DNA of 64,000 bases from Bdellovibrionota bacterium (GCA_050950765.1 JBMNIF010000001.1:128001-192000), one strand, 5' to 3'. Positions 20,745-31,617 are shown, counted from the first letter of the stretch. The notes: generated by a model from the sequence alone, not told the origin. Program-made: numbers and translations.

Positions 20745-21650
20745 ATGTTTAACTCGTCACTACTCTTATTCATCTTTATCGCTGTAACTGTTATCTATGC
20801 AGCAAATGTTGTTTTTCAAAGTAAGCGACGTAGCGCTACGGAAGTTTACTTTGATTTAGCTGATGACTTTGCAGAGTCTGATAAAGATATACAACAACAA
20901 GTTAAGGGGCTACGTTTATTTACGGATGAGTTCGGGCAAATGGGGCTCATTGATGCGGAAGAACGTAAGAAATTTAAGTTTTGGCAAGTAGCGATCCCTG
21001 TAATCGTTATACTGCTGTTAGAAAGTATAGTTTTTCTCCTTAATAAACAATCAATCTCTGTAATATGTGCAACGTGTGTGATGGGTTGGGGCATAGGTTA
21101 TATTATTACACGTTGGAGATTAAAAAACGGAATCACAACTTATCAAAGGCTATTGGAATTTAATCTACCCCTTGTTATGGAAAGATTGGTGATGGCGGTA
21201 GAGGCAGGGCTAGATATCGTTGCTGCTATGCAAAATATCGTTGAATTAGAAAAAGAGACGCAGAAAGAAGCACTACAACACGGCAGACAATATAAGATAG
21301 ATCCTGTAACAAAACTCTTGGAGATAGTAATAGGACTTTCTAACGCAGGGCTTCGCTTTGAGAAGAGCCTTTATGAAACTGCAAATATTGCAAATAATAA
21401 TGCAATAAAACACGCGTTTATTCACCTTGCCTTAGCGCAAAAAGAAGGGGGTGAATTGATCGTTCCATTAAGAGAATTGAGTGATGCAACACAGCTGCAG
21501 TATCAAGAAAATTTAGAAGAAGAGATCGCAAAGATGCCTGTTAAAGCGACTTTACCACTGGTTTTTACTTTTGCCGGACTGATTGTTTTTTTCCTAACGG
21601 GTCCAATCGTGCAGATTATAAAGATTACAACAAGTGCTATGCCGAAGTAG
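20745..21650 (+). CDS. tadC: TadC-like T2SSF membrane protein
   Basis: LPLVMERLVMAVEAGL, KMPVKATLPL; ATG at 20745 follows GGAGG. Confidence 0.82.
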   Translation: MFNSSLLLFIFIAVTVIYAANVVFQSKRRSATEVYFDLADDFAESDKDIQQQVKGLRLFTDEFGQMGLIDAEERKKFKFWQVAIPVIVILLLESIVFLLNKQSISVICATCVMGWGIGYIITRWRLKNGITTYQRLLEFNLPLVMERLVMAVEAGLDIVAAMQNIVELEKETQKEALQHGRQYKIDPVTKLLEIVIGLSNAGLRFEKSLYETANIANNNAIKHAFIHLALAQKEGGELIVPLRELSDATQLQYQENLEEEIAKMPVKATLPLVFTFAGLIVFFLTGPIVQIIKITTSAMPK

Positions 21651-21670
21651 TAAGAGGGAGCGAGTAAGAG

Positions 21671-22885
21671 ATGAAGATTTTTCCCATATTTCAAACGCTA
21701 CTTAAAAAGGAGAGCATTAGTATAGAGATACTACTCGAAAAGCTTTCAAGTATTGTAGGTTTATCCGCTTTAGAAACAGTAGTAAGAGAAAATATAGATA
21801 GACGTTTATTTATTTCTGCTGTTGCGGAACGTGCTGGAATTGATGAAAAAGTTTTAGTAAAAAAACTAGCAAAAAAGTTGAAGCTTAGGAGTGTAGAAAA
21901 CATTAGCGGTCTTGATTTTAGAGAGTTAACACAAGCGCTAAGTGTTTCAGAGTTGAGACAATACGGCATTATGCCGTTAGCGAACGGCGCAAACATTATA
22001 AGTTATGCTTGTAGTGATCCCAGCTTTGTGCCGGAAATTTACAGCAAACAATGCGAAAATGATCTGATCTTGGCAACTTGGGGAGATATTTCAAGAGCGC
22101 TTGAAGCAAGTGAAGCGTTATCGTCTTCAGATGGAGAAGAATCGTTAAAAAAATCGAAACGTGTCTTACGACTCTTAATTGATGAAGCAAGTTCTTATGG
22201 TGCTAAAGATCTGACCTTAAATTTTGATACTGATTCTCTACTGTATGAGTTTATGACACCTGACGGGAAATTGGGTAAGGGTAATGTCGACTTATCGATG
22301 AAGAGAAGTTTTCAAAACTTTTTTAATAAAATTATAAAAGAATCCTGCGGAAAATTTCCTTTAGAGGATAGTTTATTTATAAAGGTACAAAGCAATCCAC
22401 ACGGCTATCGTGTGGCATTTGGTGGTGTGCAAGATTTTGAAATAGAAGAAACGGAAGGAAAAGATATCCAAAAAAACGGGTACGTCCTTTTATTTGATGA
22501 AGACCACAATTTTTTGAATGTTCTCAAACGTTTTTTAGAGAGGATGGGGCTCTCTACGAAGGTTGTAACAACAGAAGACGGGATAAGAGAAAGTCTTGCC
22601 TCAGAGAATAAACCGCTTTTAGTGATTGCTGATTTTAAAACAACTAAAGGTGACGGAATTACTTTAATAAAAAATGTGAGAGATATGGAAAGGAATAAAA
22701 AAATACCACTCCTGATGTTGACAGATAATGAAAAGCTTGAAGACAAAGTAGCGTTTTTAGCTGCTGGAGCAAATGCTTATGTTTTAAAGAACGATAGCCC
22801 ACGTATCTTATATGCACAGATGGTGAGATTATTACAGGGGCAAGAAAAGTACTCTAAAAATATAACAAAGAGGGGTCTGTCATGA
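21671..22885 (+). CDS. Fusion of PilB/GspE-like N-terminal domains with a C-terminal response-regulator receiver
   Basis: LRQYGIMPL...ACSDP (T2SSE_N-like); LLIDEASSYGAKDLTL (like AXXXXASDIHI); REC with LFDED, VIADF, LMLT, AYVLK; no Walker A. Confidence 0.65.
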   Translation: MKIFPIFQTLLKKESISIEILLEKLSSIVGLSALETVVRENIDRRLFISAVAERAGIDEKVLVKKLAKKLKLRSVENISGLDFRELTQALSVSELRQYGIMPLANGANIISYACSDPSFVPEIYSKQCENDLILATWGDISRALEASEALSSSDGEESLKKSKRVLRLLIDEASSYGAKDLTLNFDTDSLLYEFMTPDGKLGKGNVDLSMKRSFQNFFNKIIKESCGKFPLEDSLFIKVQSNPHGYRVAFGGVQDFEIEETEGKDIQKNGYVLLFDEDHNFLNVLKRFLERMGLSTKVVTTEDGIRESLASENKPLLVIADFKTTKGDGITLIKNVRDMERNKKIPLLMLTDNEKLEDKVAFLAAGANAYVLKNDSPRILYAQMVRLLQGQEKYSKNITKRGLS

Positions 22886-24747
22886 GAATAATATTACTTT
22901 GTTTATTTACCTTCGCTTTAATCATAGCTGCTTTAGCAGAAGATCCCTTTTTACTTTTTACCACAGGCACACTCATTTTAGGGTATTGCGCTTTAATTTT
23001 AAAAGATCTTTCGGGGATAAAAAAGATATGTGTTGGTATGTTAAACACAGCTGCTAATAATCAGACTTTAACCTTTGCAACACCACGAACCTCGAGTGGT
23101 CTTGAGTTGCAGACTTATTGTGAGGCTCTAAAGTTCAGGTTTAATACACTGCATAATGCCATTGAAGATTTAAATAGGTTGCAACGAGTACAAGGAACGG
23201 CTTCAATCGCTCCAGCAATTTGTGATGAAGAACAGTTATATGAACATGCCTTAAAATTTGCAGTACAATATCTAAATTGCTTTGCTGCTGCTTTAATCGT
23301 TGATGCCGGATCAAAAGATCAAAGAGTCTTTAGCTACGGTATTAAAGGGGAGCGTTTTGAAAAAACGTTACTAAATGTTATCGGTAACAGATTAAGCACA
23401 CCTTCTTTCGAAAAATTTCGGGAAGATGATGACGGATCTTTTAGCAACTTCGGTTTAAAACAATCGTTATGTTTGCCTTTAAAGTGGCAGGAAGATAGTG
23501 CTGTTAGAAGTGGTGCTTTATGGTTCGGTTATTCTAGTGAGAGACCGATTACGGAGTCTGAAGAAAAACTCGCAGAAGAGATTCAAAAGAAAGTTTCTGT
23601 TGAGTTAACTTCACGTTGGTTAGTATGTGAATTAGGGCAAAAGGTTCAGGAAGCTGAATATATTAGTAAGGGGAAAAGTGATCTGATGAAGCACGTTTCT
23701 CATGATATCCGTTCTCCACTGAATAATATAAAGGCAGTTTTAAATCTGTTGCAGATAGAAGGGACTCCTTCAGATTCTTCTAAAATTCTTGAAATGGGGT
23801 TAAGAAATTGTGATGCCATGTTGGATATTGTGGAAAATATTATGGACCTTTCTAAATTTAATGCTGGAAAACTTGTTCCACAAAAACAAACAGTGCACTT
23901 AGCAGAGGAGGTAAAAAGTGTAGTTGAGGCCTATCAAATTGCCGCTAAAGTTAAGGGGGTCACTTTAACTCAAACTAATAGCGATCTTGAAAATAGTATC
24001 GTTGTTGATCCGCATCATCTAAAAAGAATTGCAGCTAACTTGATTAGTAATGCTTTAAAATATACTCCAAAGGGGCATATCGAAGTTGATGTCTATGATG
24101 ATAAGGAAGGCACCGTCCTTTCAGTCAGAGATAGTGGTATCGGGATATCAACACAACAGCTACAAAGTTTATTTACCCCTTTTTCAAGATTCGAACCGCA
24201 TCTGGCTGATGGTGTGGGGTTGGGGCTGACTTTGACAAAGATCTTAGTTGAGATGAATGGCGGAAAGATATCTGTTCGGTCCGCTCAAAATAAAGGAACG
24301 GTTGTTGTTGTAACCTTTCCGACACAGGGGAAAATTGTAAAAGATAAAGAGAAGCCTTCTTTATATGAAAATATCTGTAAAAAAGTGCTGGTTGTTGATA
24401 ATGATGCAGATTCTGTGCTTAGTCTCGGTCGAGTGCTTGAACGTTATGGCTACGAAGTTTCAACGGCGATTAGTGTTGATAATGCCTGCGCACAACTGGA
24501 AAGAGATCTACCTGATATCTTACTAACAGATTCTGATATGCCGAACGGTGGGGGGCGAAGAATATTAGATTTTATTGCTACTAAGGGCTTGGATCTTAAA
24601 ACAGTTGTTATTTCAGGAGAAGAGGAGGATGAACTGAAAACTAAATTTAGAGGGGTAAATGTTGACACCTTTCTTATTAAACCTGTTGATATTCAAGGGA
24701 TGGTAAGGATTCTACACTCATTAAGTGGTTATAAGATGGCAGCTTAA
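22882..24747 (+). CDS. Hybrid sensor histidine kinase (GAF-like, HisKA, HATPase, REC)
   Basis: VSHDIRSPL, NLISNALKY, DSGIG, GVGLGL, C-terminal DSDMP receiver. Confidence 0.92.
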   Translation: MRIILLCLFTFALIIAALAEDPFLLFTTGTLILGYCALILKDLSGIKKICVGMLNTAANNQTLTFATPRTSSGLELQTYCEALKFRFNTLHNAIEDLNRLQRVQGTASIAPAICDEEQLYEHALKFAVQYLNCFAAALIVDAGSKDQRVFSYGIKGERFEKTLLNVIGNRLSTPSFEKFREDDDGSFSNFGLKQSLCLPLKWQEDSAVRSGALWFGYSSERPITESEEKLAEEIQKKVSVELTSRWLVCELGQKVQEAEYISKGKSDLMKHVSHDIRSPLNNIKAVLNLLQIEGTPSDSSKILEMGLRNCDAMLDIVENIMDLSKFNAGKLVPQKQTVHLAEEVKSVVEAYQIAAKVKGVTLTQTNSDLENSIVVDPHHLKRIAANLISNALKYTPKGHIEVDVYDDKEGTVLSVRDSGIGISTQQLQSLFTPFSRFEPHLADGVGLGLTLTKILVEMNGGKISVRSAQNKGTVVVVTFPTQGKIVKDKEKPSLYENICKKVLVVDNDADSVLSLGRVLERYGYEVSTAISVDNACAQLERDLPDILLTDSDMPNGGGRRILDFIATKGLDLKTVVISGEEEDELKTKFRGVNVDTFLIKPVDIQGMVRILHSLSGYKMAA

Positions 24748-24758
24748 TTACCTGTATA

Positions 24759-25259
24759 TTATTCTCTTATCTGAGGATGTTGCTGTTTCCCGCCGTGAAA
24801 GTTTAGTACCTGTTGCTTTGAAAGTTGAATGTTCCGTTGAAGGTGAATAAGTGCATCAATAACTGTTTCCGGTCGAGGAGGACAACCAGGAACATAGATA
24901 TCAACAGGTAAAATCTTATCTATGCCACTTACAACGCTATAATTATCATACATTCCACCTGATGAGGCACAAGCCCCGAACGCCATAACCCATTTAGGTT
25001 CTGTCATCTGGTTATAAACTTGGCGTAAAACAGGTGCTATCTTGTGATTAACTGTACCTACCACCATTAATAGATCGGCTTGTCGTGGGGTGAAGCGGGG
25101 TAGTGCTGCTCCAAAACGATCTGTATCGTAATGAGAACAGCTAAGAGCCATATATTCCATACCACAACAAGCTGTTACAAAAGGATACGGGAAAAGGGAA
25201 TATTTTCGTGCCCAGCCTAAAAGCTCTTCAAGTCTTGTGGTAATGTAACTGAAATTCAT
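24759..25259 (-). CDS. nuoB: NADH-quinone oxidoreductase subunit B
   Basis: [28 protein letters not shown]. Confidence 0.93.
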   Translation of the reverse strand: MNFSYITTRLEELLGWARKYSLFPYPFVTACCGMEYMALSCSHYDTDRFGAALPRFTPRQADLLMVVGTVNHKIAPVLRQVYNQMTEPKWVMAFGACASSGGMYDNYSVVSGIDKILPVDIYVPGCPPRPETVIDALIHLQRNIQLSKQQVLNFHGGKQQHPQIRE

Positions 25260-25445
25260 ATCTGCAACTTACAAAATAATATAAAAAGTAAGCGACTAAC
25301 CCTCCACGTCCTTGACGGGTTTATGCTTTAGTGTATCCGTGCGGAAGGTGGATTTTTACAATAAAAACCCCCTCTAAATTAAGCTATGTTGAAATAAATA
25401 ACAAGAAGGAAGAATCGTATCTGCTTATGCTCCTGCTAAGTTATG

Positions 25446-26219
25446 CTAGGTCGGTAAATGGAAGAAATTAAGAGCTGTTTGCGTTGTTATCTCAGAAACT
25501 TCTTCAAGGGGGAGCTCTTTAATGTCGGCTAAGGCTTGTGCTGTTTTTATTATGTAGGCAGGTTCACACCGCTTACCACGATAAGGGACAGGGGCTAAAT
25601 AGGGCGCATCTGTTTCAAGCATTATTTGAGATAGCGGGATTTTTTTAGCTGCTTCCTTAACAGAAAGAGATTTTTTAAAGGTCAAAATACCTGTAAAAGA
25701 AACTAGGAAATTTAGTTCTGCCAGCTCGGCAGCAAAAGCAGCATCTTCTGCATAACAATGAAATACTCCGCCAACACGATCTGCATTTAGATCTTTTAAT
25801 ATCTTAAGACAATCTTGAGCGGCTTCTCTGGAGTGCACAACTAGCGGTTTTCCTGTTTGCAGTGCGACCTTAATGTGAAGTTTGAACCACTCTTTTTGTA
25901 GATCCTTTGTCTCGCTTGTGTAGTAATAATCTAAGCCTGTCTCCCCGATCGCTACGACACAATCTTCTAAGCCAAGTTTTAATAGCTTTTCATAATTTAA
26001 AGGAGTTGTAGCATCAAGGGGATGTACCCCTGCGGTTGCCCAAACGTTTTTATGAGATTTCGCCAGTGCTATCGAGGCAGCAGTTGATGTAAAGCCGTCT
26101 CCTGAGGCAACACAGATAATTCCATGAACTCCAGATTCACGAGATCGTGCCAAAACCTCTTCTAAGTCTGAGGAAAACTCAGATCCTGCTAAATGTGCGT
26201 GCGTATCAAATAGTTGCAT
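25446..26219 (-). CDS. tatD: TatD family DNase
   Basis: DTHAH, GETGLDY, HSR, HC, ETDAPYL. Confidence 0.95.
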   Translation of the reverse strand: MQLFDTHAHLAGSEFSSDLEEVLARSRESGVHGIICVASGDGFTSTAASIALAKSHKNVWATAGVHPLDATTPLNYEKLLKLGLEDCVVAIGETGLDYYYTSETKDLQKEWFKLHIKVALQTGKPLVVHSREAAQDCLKILKDLNADRVGGVFHCYAEDAAFAAELAELNFLVSFTGILTFKKSLSVKEAAKKIPLSQIMLETDAPYLAPVPYRGKRCEPAYIIKTAQALADIKELPLEEVSEITTQTALNFFHLPT

Positions 26220-26292
26220 AGCAGAGTTTTCTTTTTTGAAGCGGCACCTTTTTTAATGCCGCTTCTCTCTATTGTCTCGCAATTAAAGATAA

Positions 26293-26667
26293 TTAACGAA
26301 CTTCAGCTCCGGCAGCGATATCTTTTTCAGGTTGAAGAAGAACAATCCCTGATTGATCGTTACTAGCAGCTAAAAGCATTCCTCTTGATTCATATCCCAT
26401 CAGTTTTGCTGGTTTTAAATTAGCAACAACGATAATCTTTCTGCCGACTAACGTTTCTGGTGAATAAAATTGTGAGATACCTGCTAAGATCTGTCTCTCT
26501 CCGAATTCTTCACCAAGACTAATTTGAAGTTTGATTAACTTTTTAGAATTTGGCACTGCCTCAGCAGCTAATATTTCGGCAACGCGAAATTTAATTTTTG
26601 CAAAATAATCATAATCGATTAAATCTTCTGCTGACTCGGTTGGTTTTGTTTCTTGTTCGTTTTCCAT
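26293..26667 (-). CDS. Stand-alone tRNA-binding OB-fold (MetRS C-terminal/Trbp111-like)
   Basis: RQILAGI, NLKPAKLMGYESRGMLLAA. Confidence 0.88.
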   Translation of the reverse strand: MENEQETKPTESAEDLIDYDYFAKIKFRVAEILAAEAVPNSKKLIKLQISLGEEFGERQILAGISQFYSPETLVGRKIIVVANLKPAKLMGYESRGMLLAASNDQSGIVLLQPEKDIAAGAEVR

Positions 26668-26734
26668 CGTATTAACCCAAAATAAAAATTAAAAATATTT
26701 TTAGACACACGTCATTGACGGAGGGATTGTATAT

Positions 26735-27727
26735 CTAAACGACCACTTCGTGAAGTAGCCGTCCTTTTTGAGATAAAAATGAAGAGGTGGAGTCTTTTTG
26801 TTTAGCTAAATCTATTAAAATTAGTGAAAGCAAGTAGTTGGCTCCAATATTCCTTTCAAATATTAGAGACTCCGCATTTAGTAAATTTGTTAAACAGATT
26901 GACCAACTAAGACAGTTAGCGTCTGCTTTTAGCATCTCTGAACGAGCATAAATGCTCATCATGCGTAATTTTAAACGTAAAGCCTCCCTGTCTTTGTTAA
27001 GCTCGTAAGCCATTTCTCCGGCTAGTGCTATGTCGCCTGCTGCTATTTTTTTTAAAGAAGTTTGCAATGATTCCCAGAGTGAAAAATTTTCCTCTAAGGC
27101 TGTTACGTTTTCAAGTGTACCATCAGCTAATAATAGTAGCTCTTCATGATCTAAGTTCGAGGCGAGATCTTTTTGCTTTATAACTTCTTTGATTTCAGAG
27201 GTTGAGAGTTTATCAAAAAACCAATTATGACACCTTGATAGTACAGTCGGAGGAAGTCGTGAAGGGTTTGCAGATAACAAACAGAAATAAACATTCGGAC
27301 GTGGCTCTTCTAAAATTTTTAAGAGTAGGTTGGCACCTTGTGTTGATATCAGCTCAACGTTGTGAAAAAGAATAAAACGATATTTTCCAGCATAAGGAGT
27401 AAGGTGTAGTGAATATAAAAGTTCACGTAATTTTTCTACTGTTGTGTCTTCTTTGCAGAGGAAATCTCGCACATGAAAATCAGGATGATTACCAGCCGTG
27501 AAGAGGCGACAAGCGCGACACTCGCCGCAGCCACCATAGGTAGTGCCATCTTCACAAAAAAAAGTTTTGCTCAACTCTTTTGCAACTAGAGATTTACCGA
27601 TACCGGAAGAGCCCGTAAACATCATCGCTGACGGCACCTTATTAGAACGCCAAAGCTTCTCCAAACGTTGACGCTGCTTGGTGTGACCAATAATAAGATC
27701 AGAGTTTAGTTTCTTGTCATTTTCCAT
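26735..27727 (-). CDS. holB: DNA polymerase III delta-prime subunit
   Basis: GSSGIGK, Zn motif CGECRAC, HPDF, LLKILEEP, TVLSRC; next to tmk. Confidence 0.9.
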   Translation of the reverse strand: MENDKKLNSDLIIGHTKQRQRLEKLWRSNKVPSAMMFTGSSGIGKSLVAKELSKTFFCEDGTTYGGCGECRACRLFTAGNHPDFHVRDFLCKEDTTVEKLRELLYSLHLTPYAGKYRFILFHNVELISTQGANLLLKILEEPRPNVYFCLLSANPSRLPPTVLSRCHNWFFDKLSTSEIKEVIKQKDLASNLDHEELLLLADGTLENVTALEENFSLWESLQTSLKKIAAGDIALAGEMAYELNKDREALRLKLRMMSIYARSEMLKADANCLSWSICLTNLLNAESLIFERNIGANYLLSLILIDLAKQKDSTSSFLSQKGRLLHEVVV

Positions 27728-28377
27728 GATGCAATAAGGTTATCTATTACAGGTTTTATATCTTCCCACACTGCTTCTGGACTCTGCAAGGCATCGACTA
27801 ATAGACAAGGTTCTTGGCAAGTTTGGGCAAGTTCAATAAACCCTTGTCTGAGAGAAGTATGAAAGTCCAACTCTTCAGCCTCCATCTTATCTTGTTCTTT
27901 GGAAGCACGAGATTTAGCCCTTGCTAGTCCGATTTCAGGATCTAAATCCAATAAAATAAAGAGATCAGGATAACAATCTGCCACAGCTAGGGCGTTTACA
28001 TAATTAACTTGCTGAAGTGAAAGTTTACGACCATAACCTTGAAATGCGACGGTAGAATAATAATAGCGATCAGAGATCACAAACTGTTTTGCCGCTAACG
28101 CTGGTTTTATTTTTGCTGCAACGTGCTCAGCTCTATCTGCTGCGAATAAAAAGAGCTCTGTAAAGGATCCCGCACAATTTTCGCCAAGTATTAAAGGTCG
28201 TAATTTCTCACCAAGCTCTGATCCTCCAGGTTCTCTTGTTGAGAGGGGATTAAGATCTAATGAAAGTAAATATTGTGATAAGCGATTTATTAAGGTACCT
28301 TTACCAGCCCCATTAACGCCGTCAACAACGATAAAGCCTGACGGAGATTTAAATGTAAAGTCCTTTTTTATAAGCAT
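27706..28377 (-). CDS. tmk: Thymidylate kinase
   Basis: DGVNGAGKGT, TREPGG, SDRY..STVAFQG. Confidence 0.95.
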   Translation of the reverse strand: MLIKKDFTFKSPSGFIVVDGVNGAGKGTLINRLSQYLLSLDLNPLSTREPGGSELGEKLRPLILGENCAGSFTELFLFAADRAEHVAAKIKPALAAKQFVISDRYYYSTVAFQGYGRKLSLQQVNYVNALAVADCYPDLFILLDLDPEIGLARAKSRASKEQDKMEAEELDFHTSLRQGFIELAQTCQEPCLLVDALQSPEAVWEDIKPVIDNLIASWKMTRN

Positions 28378-28464
28378 CGGTGTTTTTACCTGTTTAATTT
28401 GAGAATATTTCTGCTGTGGGCGTAGGATAGGCTAAATATCTATTTTTTAAAATAGTAAGAGAGA

Positions 28465-29427
28465 TTATTCTTTAATATCTTCTTTTTTTAGTGCTTCTGC
28501 TACTTGCAAAATAGTATCAACATAAGCGGGACTTTTATTGTATTTCCAAAGGGTCTGTTTCTTTTCAGCTTGTGTCGACTCATCCCGCCAGCCATAACTG
28601 GAAAGAAAGTGTGCCGTTGAAGCAATAGCATCTTCAGGGGTAAAGAGTGAGATTATACCATCGTTATTCCCATCAATGCCAAACTTTAAAAAGGAAGAGG
28701 GTAAAAATTGTGTATATCCGAAAGCTCCTGCAAAAGATCCTTTTATCTCAAAAACGTCAGAATTAGTGGCATGAGCAATTTTAAAAATAGCTAATATTTC
28801 AGGATAAAATGTTTCCACTAAATACGCCGCTCTATCTGCTACTTTTTGACGTGTCAGAGTTGGATCTGTTTGTTTTAAGCGCTTAAAATTATTAGTTACA
28901 TTGTTTGGATCATCGATATTTGCCAAACGTATTAAACGTTCAAAGATAACGGATCCGCCCGTAACTTTTCCGCAAAGTGTTTCTACAAGCATGATGGCTG
29001 CAAGGATATGGCGATCTACATTAAAATCACCTTCAGATTTTTTAAATCCGTCAGCGTAACGCTCTAAACAGGCTCGACCGGCTTTCAGTCGAGGCGGAGA
29101 TAAGAAGAGTTGATATTGAGCGTGACTCTCCTGCGGGTTTATCGCAAAATTTACATAAGTGAAGGGTTCGATAGAGTCTCTATTAAATACCGCTTTAACC
29201 TCATCTGGATCGATGCCGTCCGCAATTAGCCTTTTTGCTAAATTATCCCAACCTTTATATGCAGATGATGAAAGAGCTTCTGTTGTAGGAGTGGGAGTTG
29301 GAGTGGAGAGGATAAGATCTTCTGCAAAGCAGAGGGAGGGTGTTATAAAAAATAATAAAGAAACGGCTAGAAAGTTTATAAATATACCTTTTAAAAAAAC
29401 TATATGAGTACGTTGCGAAGTTATCAT
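28465..29427 (-). CDS. MltB-like lytic murein transglycosylase
   Basis: IMLVET, GSFAGAFGYTQFLPSS, DGNNDG, YNKS..YV. Confidence 0.88.
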   Translation of the reverse strand: MITSQRTHIVFLKGIFINFLAVSLLFFITPSLCFAEDLILSTPTPTPTTEALSSSAYKGWDNLAKRLIADGIDPDEVKAVFNRDSIEPFTYVNFAINPQESHAQYQLFLSPPRLKAGRACLERYADGFKKSEGDFNVDRHILAAIMLVETLCGKVTGGSVIFERLIRLANIDDPNNVTNNFKRLKQTDPTLTRQKVADRAAYLVETFYPEILAIFKIAHATNSDVFEIKGSFAGAFGYTQFLPSSFLKFGIDGNNDGIISLFTPEDAIASTAHFLSSYGWRDESTQAEKKQTLWKYNKSPAYVDTILQVAEALKKEDIKE

Positions 29428-29466
29428 AAACTGTTTGATCTTCTCTGTTGTTCTCTTTGCAAAAGG

Positions 29467-30483
29467 CTATTTTGCTAAGCTTTGTAAAAGTTCTCCCAGT
29501 ACACACTCTGGACTTAGAGATCTATTTTTCAACTTACTATCAGCTCGTAAAATTAACGCTACTTTTCTATGTAATTGTAAGGCAGAGTTTGTTTTTGCGA
29601 CAGCAAGATATTTATTAAAAACCCAAGTTGATTTTTGATTGAGTTGGGTTTGGGCTGCTTCGGGAGAGAAGCCTTTATCTAAAATCATTCTAATGAGTAG
29701 CGATTGTAGGTACGATTTAAATATCATGGCTACTAACAGGAACGGATTTTTTCCGCTGTTAAGTAATTGTTGTAAAAGAACCTCAGCATCTAAGGTGCGT
29801 TTTTGTTGAAGTGCGTCTATTAGATCAAACTCCCCTGGATCTGGAACCTCACGAAAAACAGCAAAAAAATCTTTTTCGGTGACGGTGTCCGCGCTAACAT
29901 AAAGAGCTAGTTTTTCGATAATAGCCTCTGCCTCATCAAGGGATTCTTGGGATTGTGTAGTGATTAAATTTAAAAGCTGCGAGGAACATTTTGTTATACC
30001 ACGCGCTTCAAACTCTTTTTGAATCCATTTTTTGGTATCTGCTGGGGATAGTTGTGGTAGTTCTATGCACCTATTTTTTGTTGAAAGGAATTTAAATAAT
30101 TTTGATGTTTTCGGAAGTTTTTGGAGGGTGATAATCAATAAGATATCACACAGGTCACCCTTTAAGATCTCCAGAAATTGTTCGGAGAGGGCTGCATTTA
30201 ATCTATCTGCATTGTTAATAATGACACACCGTTTTTTGGAGAATAAAGAGAGGGTTTGCAGCGAATCAGAAAACGCTTGAAGTGTTTTTGTAGACCAATC
30301 AGCGGCATCTTGCGTCTCCACCGCATTTTTAGAGGGCAACTCTTTAGGGGAGACCTCAAGGAAAGAGGAGATCAGTTTTTCTGCTAGTCTCTCTCTTCTG
30401 ATATTATCAGAAGATAAGATAAGAACAGCTCCAGATTCTTTTGAAAGAGCTTCAATCTGTTGTTTTGTTTGAAGTTGAGCCAT
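29467..30483 (-). CDS. holA: DNA polymerase III delta subunit
   Basis: TLSLFSKKRCVII, IEKLALY, FDLIDAL, ADSKLK. Confidence 0.85.
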   Translation of the reverse strand: MAQLQTKQQIEALSKESGAVLILSSDNIRRERLAEKLISSFLEVSPKELPSKNAVETQDAADWSTKTLQAFSDSLQTLSLFSKKRCVIINNADRLNAALSEQFLEILKGDLCDILLIITLQKLPKTSKLFKFLSTKNRCIELPQLSPADTKKWIQKEFEARGITKCSSQLLNLITTQSQESLDEAEAIIEKLALYVSADTVTEKDFFAVFREVPDPGEFDLIDALQQKRTLDAEVLLQQLLNSGKNPFLLVAMIFKSYLQSLLIRMILDKGFSPEAAQTQLNQKSTWVFNKYLAVAKTNSALQLHRKVALILRADSKLKNRSLSPECVLGELLQSLAK

Positions 30484-30574
30484 TTTTGGTGCTTATCTCG
30501 TTGTATTACAGTGTCAAGCTTTTCTCTGTATTACAATCTCTTAAAGCTGAATTGAGATCTCAAGGTGAAAAATG

Positions 30575-30647
<73 letters not shown>

Positions 30648-30804
30648 ATAGCGCATCCCTTAGCTTTGCCAGATTTTTTGCTGATAAAAGCAAACAATAC
30701 TGTGGCATTGCTTAAAAGAAAGCCGCTGGATGTGATTGTTATCATGAAGAAAAATCAATTACAAGGGGTTTGAGATGAATAAGCAACGCTTTACATAAAA
30801 ATAA

Positions 30805-31617
30805 CTAACGCCTATTTCTCCTGCGTTTCTTTATAGTTGAGTTCAGAGTTAATCCGGAAATGGTGTCATGAAAAGAATTTTTACCAATGAGAGGTGCAAT
30901 CCAGCTACCGAGACATAGAGAAGGGAAAAAAAGGACGCTACGAGTAAAAACGGCATACTTTGAGGGTTTAGATCCATCGCTACCGATAATATTATATCTA
31001 AAGATCTTTCCGCCCAAAGTGTTGTCGAATAGTAGTGTTGTAAGTAATGGATAGAAGATAGTAAAGAAAAGAAAGGTAAGCCAGAGATATGATAACGCTA
31101 AAAATAAGAGGGGGTCGTTAGTGTTTTTTGCAGAAAAAATAGGGATGCCTTCTACCAAAGTAAGAAGAGCTCCTCCGCCAATAAGGCTAAACAGGAGTAC
31201 TAAGGTGCTATCTATTAAAAATGCACAGAAACGGTGCATTGTTCGTGGCTTTTGAGGAGAAAACCGAGAAGGAGTCACGGGATTAGTTGGAAGTTCTTCT
31301 CTACGAAGCTCTGAAATCTTTTGTGCTTGTAAACTTTTTGAAAGAGCCTCTTCTGTTTGTTTTAATTGAGTTTTGATGATCTTGCTTTCAAGCTCTGTTG
31401 TTGCACCTTGCGGTACATCTTTAACGTACTTTGCCTGTGCAGTTGGGTCTTCCAATGATTCTAAAGCTAAATCAAATAGTATAGTTATTTTTTCATGCTC
31501 TAAACTTTGCTGAAATGTAATAGGAGCACACTCAAAAGAGGTTTCAGCGATGTTGTCTAGCGCTACGAAAGCCTCTTCAAAGAGGCTTTCGATTTCTAGC
31601 TTTTCAGAATCTTCCAT
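30805..31617 (-). CDS. RDD-family membrane protein with an acidic N-terminal extension
   Basis: RFCAFLID, TLGG, FHDTIS. Confidence 0.8.
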   Translation of the reverse strand: MEDSEKLEIESLFEEAFVALDNIAETSFECAPITFQQSLEHEKITILFDLALESLEDPTAQAKYVKDVPQGATTELESKIIKTQLKQTEEALSKSLQAQKISELRREELPTNPVTPSRFSPQKPRTMHRFCAFLIDSTLVLLFSLIGGGALLTLVEGIPIFSAKNTNDPLLFLALSYLWLTFLFFTIFYPLLTTLLFDNTLGGKIFRYNIIGSDGSKPSKYAVFTRSVLFFPSLCLGSWIAPLIGKNSFHDTISGLTLNSTIKKRRRNRR

